64,000 bases of DNA from Elusimicrobiota bacterium. GTDB lineage: Bacteria; Elusimicrobiota; Elusimicrobia; UBA1565; UBA9628. The first letter of the stretch is position 1. Each line of letters starts with the position of its first letter. Position numbers and translations under genes: made by a program. Positions 42,696-52,653 of this stretch are shown here, in pieces. The stretch covers positions 4,751 through 68,750 of the forward strand of contig JAGWUP010000008.1 of assembly GCA_028868375.1 (NCBI GenBank), written 5' to 3'. The notes below the pieces were generated by a model, which did no database searches, had not been told where the DNA came from, and worked only from the letters and a program-made list of their open reading frames with translations.

Positions 42696-43301
42696 ATGAA
42701 ACTATCCCGCTTGCCGGCCGTCCTAACCCTGCTTGTCTGCGCCGCCGCCTGGTCTGCCGTTCGCTGCCGCGCGGCGATCGCTCCCGAGACGATCGAACGG
42801 TGGACCATGGAGCTGACCGACGAGCTGGGCCGGCAGGGCTTCAATGAAGCCAGGCCGTCGCTTAAGACCGACAGGCCGAGCCGAATCCTTGGCGGCCCCA
42901 ACGTGGCCTCGGTTCATGCCGTCACCGACCATCAACTGCGAGCCCTCTTCGAGGCCTTGCGCGCCGATCGCTCCGAATTGACCTGGATGTCCGGCTACAC
43001 CCTGGAGGTCGTCGTCGACGGCGGGGGCGGCGCCTACCGCGACTCCATTCCCTACGCCGGTCCCTCCGTGCCGGCGGCGCAGGCGGCTTCGGTCTTGAGG
43101 CGCCTGGGCGGGGAGACGATCTCCGTCTACGAGCCCTTGGCCTACGTGTCCGGCATTTACCGCTTCGGCGAACGCCCCGCTTCGGACTCGAGCCTGGAGA
43201 ATCCCGCGGGCGGCTGGTCGCTGCATCAGCGCATGGTCGCTCATCCGCGCGCGGCGCAGGATTTTTATCTTATCAGGCGGTACGACGGGGAGGCGCGATG
43301 A
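42696..43301 (+). CDS. secreted hypothetical protein (~201 aa)
   Basis: Signal peptide MKLSRLPAVLTLLVCAAAWSA. TATAAT at 42654. The ORF-track N-extension from 42513 is unlikely to be translated. Confidence 0.5.
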   Translation: MKLSRLPAVLTLLVCAAAWSAVRCRAAIAPETIERWTMELTDELGRQGFNEARPSLKTDRPSRILGGPNVASVHAVTDHQLRALFEALRADRSELTWMSGYTLEVVVDGGGGAYRDSIPYAGPSVPAAQAASVLRRLGGETISVYEPLAYVSGIYRFGERPASDSSLENPAGGWSLHQRMVAHPRAAQDFYLIRRYDGEAR

Positions 43302-44713
43302 ACGGCGGCGAAACTGCGGTGGCGGTGACGGAACAGGCCGCGGCCGCTCAGGGCGAGTGGTTCGGCCACCCCAAGGGCCTCTACGTGCTTTTCCTGACGG
43401 AGATGTGGGAGCGCTTCTCTTACTATGGGATGCGCGCGCTGCTGGTTCTCTACATGACGAAGTACCTGATCCTCCACGCCGACCAGGGGATGAAGGTCTT
43501 CGGCTACGCGGCCGTCCATGCCTTCATCCAGTGGTTCGTCGGGCTCTTCGGCGTCCACGATCGCCTCTCGGTGCAGGCCTTGTCGTCCCAGATTTACGGC
43601 CTCTACACCGGCTTCGTCTATTTCACGCCCTTCTTCGGCGGCATTCTGGCCGACCGCGTCTTCGGCCAGCGCAAGTCCGTCTACATCGGCGGGGTGCTGA
43701 TGGCCATCGGGCATTTCCTCATGGCCAGCCAGCGGCTCTTCTTCTTGGCCCTGTTGTTCTTGATCCTCGGCAACGGCTGCTTCAAGCCGAACATCTCCAC
43801 TCAGGTCGGCAACCTCTATCCCGAGGGAGACCACCGGCGCGACTCCGCCTTCACCATCTTCTACATGGGCATCAACCTCGGCGCGCTGTTCTCGCCGCTG
43901 GTCTGCGGCACTCTGGGCCAGACGATCGGCTGGGACTGGGGCTTCGGCGCCGCCGGGGTCGGCATGCTGGCCGGCCTGTGCATCTACCACTTCAGCCGCC
44001 ACTTGCTGCCGCCGGACCGCATCATGAAGAAGGCCGAGAGCGACGATCAGGCGGCGGAGCAGAAGATCACGGCCACCGAGTGGAAGGCGATCGGCTCGCT
44101 GATCTTTCTGTGCATCATCAACATCGTGTTCTGGGCCGTCTACGAGCAGCAGGGCAACACCCTGCAGCTCTGGGCCGACCAGCACACGCGCTGGACCTTC
44201 TTCGGCGTCCATCTGCCGTCGAGCTGGTATCAGACCTTCAATCCCTTCTTCATCATCCTCTTCGCCCCGCTGCTCGACAAGTTCTGGGAGCGGCAGAGCG
44301 CCCGCGGCAAGGAACCCTCCAGCGTCACGAAGATGGGCATCGGCTGCGTGCTGCTGGGCGGCGCCTTCCCGATCATGATTCTCGCCTCCAAGGTCATCGG
44401 GCAGGGCCAGGGCAGCCTGCTGTGGCTGGTGTCGACGACGTGGCTGTTCACCATGGGCGAGCTCTACCTCTCGCCGATCGGCCTGTCCTTCGTGACCAAG
44501 GTCTCCCCGGCGCGGATGGTCTCGATGATGATGGGCATGTGGTTTCTGTCCAGCTTCTTCGGCAACTACCTGGCGGGGTTCATCGGGGGCTTCTACGGCG
44601 TGATGACCAAGGAAGCCTTCTTCACCCTGCTGACCGCCCTGGGCATCGGCGCCGGCCTGATCTTCTTCGCCGTCAACAAGCCGCTGCGCAAGGCGATCGG
44701 GCACGATATCTAG
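43298..44713 (+). CDS. POT/PTR2 family di/tripeptide:H+ symporter (MFS)
   Basis: ERFSYYGMRALLVLYM and FYMGINLGALFSPLVCG signature motifs. About 12 TM segments. Confidence 0.85.
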   Translation: MNGGETAVAVTEQAAAAQGEWFGHPKGLYVLFLTEMWERFSYYGMRALLVLYMTKYLILHADQGMKVFGYAAVHAFIQWFVGLFGVHDRLSVQALSSQIYGLYTGFVYFTPFFGGILADRVFGQRKSVYIGGVLMAIGHFLMASQRLFFLALLFLILGNGCFKPNISTQVGNLYPEGDHRRDSAFTIFYMGINLGALFSPLVCGTLGQTIGWDWGFGAAGVGMLAGLCIYHFSRHLLPPDRIMKKAESDDQAAEQKITATEWKAIGSLIFLCIINIVFWAVYEQQGNTLQLWADQHTRWTFFGVHLPSSWYQTFNPFFIILFAPLLDKFWERQSARGKEPSSVTKMGIGCVLLGGAFPIMILASKVIGQGQGSLLWLVSTTWLFTMGELYLSPIGLSFVTKVSPARMVSMMMGMWFLSSFFGNYLAGFIGGFYGVMTKEAFFTLLTALGIGAGLIFFAVNKPLRKAIGHDI

Positions 44714-44766
44714 ACTGGCATCGGCCGGTCTGGACCAGCCGAGTATCTTGTATAATCGACGCCTGC

Positions 44767-44838
44767 GAGCCCGTAGCTCAGGGGTAGAGCACGCGCCTTT
44801 TAAGCGTGGGGTCGTGGGTTCGAATCCCACCGGGCTCA
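44767..44838 (+). tRNA. tRNA-Lys (anticodon UUU)
   Basis: Acceptor GAGCCCG/CGGGCTC. Anticodon stem CGCGC/GCGTG with loop CTTTTAA. T-arm GTGGG-TTCGAAT-CCCAC. No encoded CCA. TATAAT at 44751-44756. Confidence 0.85.
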
Positions 44839-44854
44839 CGGTTTTCCGAATCTC

Positions 44855-44926
44855 GCCTCCATCGTCTATCGGCTAGGACGCGGCCCTTTCAAGGCTGAAA
44901 GAGGGGTTCGACTCCCCTTGGAGGCA
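44855..44926 (+). tRNA. tRNA-Glu (anticodon UUC)
   Basis: Acceptor GCCTCCA/TGGAGGC. Anticodon stem CGGCC/GGCTG with loop CTTTCAA. T-arm AGGGG-TTCGACT-CCCCT. Confidence 0.8.
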
Positions 44927-45014
44927 TTATCTCCCCCTCCTGGGTATCCCGCCTTGACAAAATTCCGTTTTTAGGCCAAGCTCTAGCATAATCCCCGTTA
45001 AGGAGAACTCAGCG

Positions 45015-48000
45015 ATGGCCAAAACCAGGAGCATCCTTTTTTGCGCATTGGCCCTTTTGGCGTGGCAAGCGCCGGCCCAGGCGGCGACCCTGCTGGTCAC
45101 CAACAATAGCGACTGCTCAACCAACGGCTGCGGCTCTCTGCGCGCGGCGATCTCCCAGGCCGCGGCGGGCGACACCATCCAGTTCAACCTCCCAGCAAAC
45201 CTCGTGACCATCTCCCTGACCTCGGATCTGCCCGCCATCAGCCAGAACGTGACCATAGACGGCTCCAACGGCGGCGCGCAGGTCACCGTCGACGGGCAGA
45301 GCGCCCATCAGATATTCACGGTCATGGCGGGCAACGTCACGATCGAGAACATCAGCGTCGCCCACGGCAAGGCCCAGGGAGCCAACGGTGCTTCGGGCGG
45401 CAATGCCGGCTATGGCGGCGGCGGCGGCGGCGCGGGGATGGGAGGCGGACTTTTCGTCAATAATAACGCGAACGTGACCCTGACCAACGTCTCCTTCGCC
45501 AACAACGGAGCCGTCGGAGGAAACGGCGGGGCGTTCAACGGCGGCCCGGCCGGAGCCGGCGGCGGCGGCGCCGGCTCGGTGAGCTCGATCGCTCAACAGG
45601 GCGGAAACGGCAGTTCTGGAAACGGCGACGCCAGCGCCGGAGGCGGCGCCAACGGCGGCTCTGCCGGCGCCGATAATGCTGCCGGCAGCGGACAGAACGG
45701 CGGCAATTTCACCGGCACCGCGGCGCAGGGCGGCGGCGGCGGCGGCGGGGGAGCCGCCACGGGCGGCGGCAGCGGCGCCGTGGGCGGCGGCGGCGGCAAC
45801 GGCGGAGATTTCAGCGGCGGCGGCGGCGGGGGAAGCACCAACTCGACGGGTCACGGCGGCGATGGCGGCAGCGGAGGCTACGGCGCCGGCGGCGGCGGCG
45901 GCGGAGCGGTGTTCGGCGGCTCCGGGGGCGTTGCCGGAGGCCAGGGCGGCGTCGGCGGCGTCGGCGGCGGAGGAGGAGGCGGCGGCTCGGCCTTGGGGCT
46001 GCCCGGAAGCGGCGGCAACGGCGGCTTCGGCGGCGGCAACGGCGCCGTTGGCGGCGGCGGCGGCGGCGGCGCGGGGCTTGGCGGCGCCGTTTTCGTGCGC
46101 CAAGGCGGCTCCCTGACGATTCATGACGGCAGCAAGATCGACAATACGAATTCCGTCACCGCCGGGTTGGGCAACGGCGGCGGCACGCAAAACGGCCAGG
46201 CCGTCGGCGGCGGCATCTTCTTGGACCGGAACGTTCAGGCAGAGTTCAATCCGGCAGCGGGCCAGAGCGTGACCGTCGGCGGCTCGATCGGAGGCGGCAA
46301 CGGGGATTCCGGCATCCTGATGAACGGCCCCGGCACGCTGGACTTGAGCCTGGGCGGGGCCAACACCTATTCCGGCGGGACGACGATCGACCAGGGGGTT
46401 GTGCGCATCGGCGCCGACAACAACCTCGGGGATGCGGCGGGGGGCCTGACCTTCAACGGCGGCACCCTGCAGACCTTCACCGGCAACGGCTCGATCACGA
46501 CCAACCGGACGATGATGATCAACGCCGGCGGGGCGACGATCGACACCCACGGCGGGACGTTCACGATGGCCGGCCAGGTTTCCGGAGTCGGCGGCCTGAC
46601 CCTGAATGATTCCGCGGCGGGTTCCGGCAAGCTGACCTTGTCCAACACCCTCAACAATTATTCGGGCGGGACCACGATCGACAATGGGATCCTGAGCGTG
46701 GCGGACGATAGGGAGCTCGGCACTGGAGGCGTCACGCTCAACGGCAATTCGGCGACGCTGCTGACGACCTCCGGCCTGACGACGGCGCGGACCATCACGC
46801 TCAACGGCGGCGGGAACCTGGATTCCGGCGGCAATACCTCGACCTTCTCGGGCGTCATCAGCGGCAACGGAGGGCTCGATATCGCCAGCTCACAGGGCGG
46901 CGGGATGGTCGTGCTCAGCAACGTCGGCAACAACTATACCGGGGACACGACGATCAACACCGGGAGCCTCAGCATCTCGGATGACAGAGAGCTCGGCGGC
47001 CTCGCCGGAAGCGTTAGGATCGGGAATAAATTCAACGAGTTGCAGTTCACCTCGGGGGTCAACTCCGCGCGGAGCATCGTTCTCGGAGTCGGCACTGCCC
47101 CCGGCGGAGGAACCCTCGACTACACCGGCGGCCAGACGAGCCTATCCGGCGTGATCAGCGGCTCCGGCGGCCTGTTCATCACGCATTCCTCGGGGAGCAA
47201 TGGGCAGATCTATCTTAGCGGGCCCAACACCTACACCGGCGACACGACGGTCACCAGCGCGGTGCTGGCGGTCGATAGGGACGCCAACCTCGGCGATGTC
47301 TCCGGCAATATCTTTTTGAATAACAAGGGCGTGCTGGTGGCGAATTCCGATAATTTTTCCAGCGCGCGAGCCATCACTCTCGGCAACGGCGGTTTCGGCT
47401 CCGGCGGCGGCGGTCTCGACGAGGACGGGCATACGGCGACGTTCTCCGGGGACATCATCGGCATCGGCGGGCTGGCGATCAAGAACTCCGGCGCCGCCGA
47501 CGTCGGCAGTGTCGTCTTGAGCGGGCACAACGCCTTCACCGGCGGCCTTACCATCGGCGGCGGCGCGACGCTGTCGGCAGCCAACGATTACAACCTCGGA
47601 TCGACCGCGGCCGGCAACGACCTGACGATCAAGGGCGGCACTCTGGACACGACGACGGGCATCGACACCAGCCGCAACCTGACGCTCAACGGCGGCGGCA
47701 CGGTCGAGATCGAGGGAGACGGCGCCATCACTTATCTACGCGGCACGGTCGGCGGCAGCGGCGGCCTGACGATCGCCAACACCACCGGCGGCACCGCGGG
47801 CGTCGTGTTGACGAACAGCAACAACTATACAGGAGACACGACGATCAACTCCGGATTTTTGGGGGTCACCAGCGACCAGAGCCTGGGAGACGTCTCGGGT
47901 GCAGTCGCGATCAACAACCACGCCACTTTGGCGACGGTCGGTGTCGTCAATTCCGCGCGCTCGATCACGCTGGGCGGCGCGGGCGGCGGGCAGATCGACA

Positions 48001-50927
48001 CGCACGGCAACGTCTCGTCGTTTTCCGGGCCCATCGGCGGCAGCGGCGGCCTGACGATCTACAGCGACAATGGCGGGGGCATAGCGGACGGGGCGATTTT
48101 TCTGTCCGGGGCCAACACCTACACGGGCGGCACGACGGTCGATAACGGCGTGCTCAACGTCAACTCGGATTCCAACCTGGGCGACGCCTCCGGGGGCGTG
48201 ACGCTCAACAACGGCTCCGGGCTCTTCCTCCAGCAGGCGATGAGCTCGGCGCGCTCGATCACGCTGGGCGCCGGCGGCGGCGTGGTGAACACGAAGGGGC
48301 ACAGTTCTTCGTTGACCGGCGTGATTGGCGGAACCGGCGGGCTGAGCGTCACCGACGACGTCGGCGGCGGCTCTTTGGCTCTGTCGGGAAACAACACGTT
48401 CACGGGCGGAGTGACGATCGACGGGGGGGCCCTGTCGGTGGCGAGCGACGCCAACCTGGGCGACGCCTCTGGCGGCGTGACGATCAATAAGGATGCGGTC
48501 TTCGAGACGGGCGCCAACATGTCCACCGCGCGGGCGTTCACGCTCAGCGGCGGCGGCAAGATCGACACGCACGGGCACGTGTCGACCCTCTCGGGCGCCA
48601 TCGGCGGCTCGGGCGGCCTGACCATGTTCAACGACTTGGGCGGGTCCTGGATCGGGGGCGGCGCGTTTTTCCTGTCGGGCAACAACACGTACACCGGCGG
48701 GACGACGATCAACAACGGAATTTTGAACATCAACTCCGACGATAACTTGGGCGACGCCTCGGGGCATGTCGCGATCAGCAATCTTTCCGGGTTGTGGCTG
48801 AATAATGCCATGACGATCAACCGTGGGATCACCCTCAACGGCGCCGGCGGCACCATCAACTCGGCCGGTCACGACTCGACGCTGGCCGGCGTCATCGACG
48901 GCGCCGGGAAGTTGCAGGTCATGGACGACGTGGGCGGGGGGAAATTGACGTTGAGCGGCGCCAACACTTATAGCGGGGGCACCTTCATCCAGGACGGCGC
49001 CCTGCTGTCGATCTCGGCCGACGACAATTTGGGCGACGCCTCCGGCGGGATCACCTTCAACGGCGGCACTTTGCAGACTTCCGCGGGGATCTCCTCCTCG
49101 CGCGGCGTCACCATGAACGTCGACGGGATCATCGACACCAACGGCTACGATTCCACCCTGTCCGGAGTCGTGAGCGGAAGCGCCGGCCTGGATAAGATCG
49201 GCGCGGGCACGCTGAAGCTGAACGCCGTCAACACCTACGGCGGAGCGACGACGGTCAACGCGGGCACGCTGGCGCTGGGCGTCGCCGGCGCCTTGCCGGC
49301 CAACGCGCTGACGGTGGCCTCCGGCGCCGCGTTGGACATGGCGGGGCACGATCAAAGCGTGGGCGCGACGGTCAACAACGGCACGATCAACGCCGGAGCG
49401 GGGCAATTGACGATCCACGGGGATCATTCCGGGACCGGCAATTTGAACGTCACGCTTCAAAGCGGCGTCACGAACGTCGTCGTCACCGGCAACGCCACGT
49501 TGACCGGCGAGACGCTCAACCCCAGCGTGTCCGCGGTTCCAGCGGTGGGCGACGTCTTCACGGTGGTCTCGGCCGGGGCCCTGAGCGGGCAGTTTACCGC
49601 CATCAACGACCCGACGGGGGTGTATCTGGTGCCCACCTACAGCGGCACCCAGCTCGTGCTGAAGGCGGCCATCCCCTCCTTCCAGCAGGCCGAGCAGGAC
49701 TCCACCTCGGGTTCCGTGGGAACCGCCCTCGACACCATGCGCGCCAACGGCGGCTTCTCCTCGCCGGACGGAACAGTCGTCCTCAACAGCCTCAATTTCC
49801 TGACATCCTCCCAGTTCCAGAAGGCGCTCAACGACATCACGCCCAACCACGCGGGGCAGGCCATGGGCGCGGCCGGGCCGACCTTCTCCGGCCTGGCGGT
49901 GGGCTTGGGCGGCGGGGGCGGCGCCTTGGCGATGCGCGCCAACGACTTGCTGCACGGCCCCTCCGGCGCGCAGGAGCCGCTGGTGGCGCACTACAGCGTC
50001 AGCGGCGTGTCCTACCCCGGAACCCTGATCGCCTACGCCAGCGACGACTTGGGCGCCCTGGGCTTGGACGCGCCCTCGGATCAGGACGGCTCGGCCTCGC
50101 GGTTGGGCTTCTTCACCTCGGCCTTGGGCTCCGAGGGACGCTTGAACGACAGCGACGGCGGGCCGGGCTACGGCTACACGGCGGGGGGATTCTCCAGCGG
50201 CGCCGACTACCGCTTCAACGACAACTTCACCGGCGGAGCGATGCTGAGCTACGTCTACGGCCGCTCGATCATCAGCCAGGGAGGCGGCGAGGTCAACAGC
50301 CAGAGCGTGCGCCTCGGCGTCTATTCCGTCAGCCGCGAAAACGAATGGTACTCGACTTTTTATCTGGGCGGCGCCAAGGATTTCTTCAGCGTCACGCGCA
50401 ACATCAACTTCCCCGGGATCGCCCGCACCGCCACCAGCTCGCCCGGTGGCCTTGAGGTCAACGCGGACTCGCAGTTCGGCTACGACGTTTCCGCGGGACG
50501 CTATACGGTCTCCCCGTTCGTGGGCCTGGCCTTCGACGAGGTGCGCGTCGGCCATTATACGGAGAGCGGCGCGGGAGCGCTGGACTTAAGCGTAGGCCAG
50601 CAGAAGGCGGACTCGCTTCGCACGACGGCCGGCATGAAGCTGTCGCCGCGCTCGAAAGCCGGCGCTCGATGGCGGCCGTACCTGAGCCTGGCCTGGCAGC
50701 GCGAGTTGCGAAACCCGGTCCGCTCGATCGACGCCCAGCTCGACAGCGGGGCGGGCAGCGCCTTCGCCTCCCAGACCGCTCCGGCCAGCGCGAACGCGGC
50801 TTTGCTGGGCCTGGGGCTGACGGCGATGCTCCGCAGCGACCTGACGGGCAAGCTCGCCTACACCGGGGATTTCCGCTCGAACTTCATCGACCACACGCTC
50901 GACGCCGAGCTGCGCTTCAGGTTCTAA
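45015..50927 (+). CDS. autotransporter (type Va) adhesin-like protein (1970 aa) with Gly-rich N-terminal region and about 20 autotransporter-associated beta-strand (PATR) repeats
   Basis: Signal peptide MAKTRSILFCALALLAWQAPAQA. Repeated LSGANTYTGGTTI(N/D)xGxL...NLGD units. C-terminal beta-barrel ending ...LDAELRFRF. AGGAGA Shine-Dalgarno 9 nt upstream. Confidence 0.85.
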   Translation: MAKTRSILFCALALLAWQAPAQAATLLVTNNSDCSTNGCGSLRAAISQAAAGDTIQFNLPANLVTISLTSDLPAISQNVTIDGSNGGAQVTVDGQSAHQIFTVMAGNVTIENISVAHGKAQGANGASGGNAGYGGGGGGAGMGGGLFVNNNANVTLTNVSFANNGAVGGNGGAFNGGPAGAGGGGAGSVSSIAQQGGNGSSGNGDASAGGGANGGSAGADNAAGSGQNGGNFTGTAAQGGGGGGGGAATGGGSGAVGGGGGNGGDFSGGGGGGSTNSTGHGGDGGSGGYGAGGGGGGAVFGGSGGVAGGQGGVGGVGGGGGGGGSALGLPGSGGNGGFGGGNGAVGGGGGGGAGLGGAVFVRQGGSLTIHDGSKIDNTNSVTAGLGNGGGTQNGQAVGGGIFLDRNVQAEFNPAAGQSVTVGGSIGGGNGDSGILMNGPGTLDLSLGGANTYSGGTTIDQGVVRIGADNNLGDAAGGLTFNGGTLQTFTGNGSITTNRTMMINAGGATIDTHGGTFTMAGQVSGVGGLTLNDSAAGSGKLTLSNTLNNYSGGTTIDNGILSVADDRELGTGGVTLNGNSATLLTTSGLTTARTITLNGGGNLDSGGNTSTFSGVISGNGGLDIASSQGGGMVVLSNVGNNYTGDTTINTGSLSISDDRELGGLAGSVRIGNKFNELQFTSGVNSARSIVLGVGTAPGGGTLDYTGGQTSLSGVISGSGGLFITHSSGSNGQIYLSGPNTYTGDTTVTSAVLAVDRDANLGDVSGNIFLNNKGVLVANSDNFSSARAITLGNGGFGSGGGGLDEDGHTATFSGDIIGIGGLAIKNSGAADVGSVVLSGHNAFTGGLTIGGGATLSAANDYNLGSTAAGNDLTIKGGTLDTTTGIDTSRNLTLNGGGTVEIEGDGAITYLRGTVGGSGGLTIANTTGGTAGVVLTNSNNYTGDTTINSGFLGVTSDQSLGDVSGAVAINNHATLATVGVVNSARSITLGGAGGGQIDTHGNVSSFSGPIGGSGGLTIYSDNGGGIADGAIFLSGANTYTGGTTVDNGVLNVNSDSNLGDASGGVTLNNGSGLFLQQAMSSARSITLGAGGGVVNTKGHSSSLTGVIGGTGGLSVTDDVGGGSLALSGNNTFTGGVTIDGGALSVASDANLGDASGGVTINKDAVFETGANMSTARAFTLSGGGKIDTHGHVSTLSGAIGGSGGLTMFNDLGGSWIGGGAFFLSGNNTYTGGTTINNGILNINSDDNLGDASGHVAISNLSGLWLNNAMTINRGITLNGAGGTINSAGHDSTLAGVIDGAGKLQVMDDVGGGKLTLSGANTYSGGTFIQDGALLSISADDNLGDASGGITFNGGTLQTSAGISSSRGVTMNVDGIIDTNGYDSTLSGVVSGSAGLDKIGAGTLKLNAVNTYGGATTVNAGTLALGVAGALPANALTVASGAALDMAGHDQSVGATVNNGTINAGAGQLTIHGDHSGTGNLNVTLQSGVTNVVVTGNATLTGETLNPSVSAVPAVGDVFTVVSAGALSGQFTAINDPTGVYLVPTYSGTQLVLKAAIPSFQQAEQDSTSGSVGTALDTMRANGGFSSPDGTVVLNSLNFLTSSQFQKALNDITPNHAGQAMGAAGPTFSGLAVGLGGGGGALAMRANDLLHGPSGAQEPLVAHYSVSGVSYPGTLIAYASDDLGALGLDAPSDQDGSASRLGFFTSALGSEGRLNDSDGGPGYGYTAGGFSSGADYRFNDNFTGGAMLSYVYGRSIISQGGGEVNSQSVRLGVYSVSRENEWYSTFYLGGAKDFFSVTRNINFPGIARTATSSPGGLEVNADSQFGYDVSAGRYTVSPFVGLAFDEVRVGHYTESGAGALDLSVGQQKADSLRTTAGMKLSPRSKAGARWRPYLSLAWQRELRNPVRSIDAQLDSGAGSAFASQTAPASANAALLGLGLTAMLRSDLTGKLAYTGDFRSNFIDHTLDAELRFRF

Positions 50928-50968
50928 GCCCGCGTCAGCGGGCTTAGGCGATTTGATATCATCGCGCC

Positions 50969-52219
50969 GTGCGCCGAGTGCCCGCCGACGGGATCAACCT
51001 GTTCCAGTCGATCTACGGCCTCTTGCGCGGCTACTCTGAGAAGACGGGCCTGCCGCCCTTGAACCTCTCCCTGGGCAATCCGGACGGCGTGCCGCCGGAG
51101 CCGATCCGCGCGCTGAAGGCGAAGTTCGCCGCCGACCCCAGGCTGGACTACCACGCCTACGCCGAGGACCGCGACCTGCACGGGTTTGCCGAGGCGATGG
51201 TGGAGCTGCACGGCGGCATACGGGTCCGGGAGCACGGCGGCTTGCGCGCCCTTCCCATTCCCGGCATCAAGACAGCCTCGGCGCTGATCCCCCTGGCTTG
51301 CGGCCTGCACCTGCCCGGCGCGCGGCGCCGCGAGCGCTTCGTCTTGGCCGTCAACGCGCCGGCCTACGACGTCGCCGGCGTCTGGGCCGCTCAGTATCTG
51401 GCCGGGCGGCGCTTGGTTTGGCCGCTGGAGAGCGCCAGCGACATGAGGCTCAAGGCGGGACGCCTGGAGCGGGCCCTGCGCGAGGAGGGCCTGGAGCGCG
51501 CGGACCTGGTGTTCGTCATCCGCCCCGGCAACCCGGCCTCCGTGGGCGCCGGCGCCGCGGAGTGGCGCGCCCTCATCGCGCATTGCCTTCGGCGCGGGAC
51601 CCGGCTGGTCAACGACGCGGCCTACGCCGGCCTGGCCGGCCCGGGGCATGTGCCGCTGGCCGCCGTGGCCAAGGACTTCCCCGGGCTGGAGTGGCTGGAG
51701 CTCTACTCTGTCTCCAAGTCCTTCAGCGATCCCGGCGCGCGCCTGGGGGCCCTCGTCGGCTCGGCGGATTTCGTCGCCGATTTCGCGACGATCAAGGGCA
51801 ACGCCGAGTCCGGGCCGGTGCCGAGCGTGATGGCGGCCTACGGGCAATTCCTGGGAGAGCGCGCCGCGGCGCGCTCCGTCCTCGAGGGCCTGCGCTCCCT
51901 CTATCGCGCTCGCCTGGACTACCTCATCCCCCGGCTTAAGGCCGCCGGCTTGCGCCCGGCCTGCCCCACGGAGGCCGGCTTCTTCACCCTGTGGCGCGTT
52001 CCGCGCCGGGTCCTGGGCGTCGACTTGGCGAAGGACCTGCGCTGCGCCGGACTGCCAGCGGCGGAGGCCTTCAACCGCTTGGTCGCCGCCGAGACCGGCA
52101 TCGTCGGAGTCCATTTCCCAGGCTTGATCCGCTACGCGGTCTGCGCCGATGTCCTGTCCGCGGACTTCCAAGGTCGTTTCGAGAAGGGGTTGCGAAAACT
52201 TCGTCCGGAATACGACTGA
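50969..52219 (+). CDS. class I/II PLP-dependent aminotransferase
   Basis: LYSVSKSFSDPGARLG (PLP-Lys region) and GNPDGVPPEP. GTG start. Confidence 0.7.
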   Translation: MRRVPADGINLFQSIYGLLRGYSEKTGLPPLNLSLGNPDGVPPEPIRALKAKFAADPRLDYHAYAEDRDLHGFAEAMVELHGGIRVREHGGLRALPIPGIKTASALIPLACGLHLPGARRRERFVLAVNAPAYDVAGVWAAQYLAGRRLVWPLESASDMRLKAGRLERALREEGLERADLVFVIRPGNPASVGAGAAEWRALIAHCLRRGTRLVNDAAYAGLAGPGHVPLAAVAKDFPGLEWLELYSVSKSFSDPGARLGALVGSADFVADFATIKGNAESGPVPSVMAAYGQFLGERAAARSVLEGLRSLYRARLDYLIPRLKAAGLRPACPTEAGFFTLWRVPRRVLGVDLAKDLRCAGLPAAEAFNRLVAAETGIVGVHFPGLIRYAVCADVLSADFQGRFEKGLRKLRPEYD

Positions 52220-52239
52220 CAAAATGCTAACCTAGCCTC

Positions 52240-52653
52240 ATGCCAGGAATTTATCGCAAGAAGCGGCGTCAAAAGGGACCAAGCAAGAACGAGGAAAAGG
52301 TCGAGCGGGCCAGGCAGGCGGAGGCCATCGCCCGCCCCGCCAACAGCCTGGCCTCGCGCTTTCCGACGCTGCGGGCCTTGACCGTGACGCTGTCCTTCAC
52401 CGGCGCCCAGGGCCAGACCTTGGGCGAGGAGACGCGCCGCTACGGGCCGCAGGACCCCTGCGATTTCTCCGTGCCCTGCCCCGGACTCTGCGGGGTTGGC
52501 TCCTTTGACCTGGCCGCCAAGATCGAGCAGATCGCGGCGGCTGGCGAGACCGATTCCGAGAGCAACGGGGTCTGCCAGGAAATCCTGCAGACCGGAGGCT
52601 CCTGCGCCTGCGCCTTGAAATGCCGGGTCCAGGCCAGCTACCTGGAGAAATGA
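52240..52653 (+). CDS. Cys-rich small hypothetical protein (8 Cys), translationally coupled to SCO
   Basis: CDFSVPCPGLCGVGSF ... GVCQEILQTGGSCACALKC. The stop overlaps the downstream ATG (ATGA). Confidence 0.4.
   Translation: MPGIYRKKRRQKGPSKNEEKVERARQAEAIARPANSLASRFPTLRALTVTLSFTGAQGQTLGEETRRYGPQDPCDFSVPCPGLCGVGSFDLAAKIEQIAAAGETDSESNGVCQEILQTGGSCACALKCRVQASYLEK

Noticed and set aside
41561-42901. 446-aa track ORF spanning dapB and the small membrane protein
   Set aside because: It is a read-through in a third frame upstream of an internal ATG. The region is better explained by dapB (41932-42630) plus a 124-aa membrane protein starting at ATG 41935.
44953-44991. Sigma70-like promoter (TTGACA ... 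TAGCAT/CATAAT) upstream of the autotransporter
   Set aside because: The spacer between the -35-like and -10-like hexamers is 24-27 nt, outside the functional range. Only the Shine-Dalgarno assignment is retained.
47736-50555. 939-aa ORF antisense to the autotransporter
   Set aside because: Mirror-frame artefact of the Gly-rich repeat region. The sense strand has signal peptide, PATR repeats and a beta-barrel terminus.
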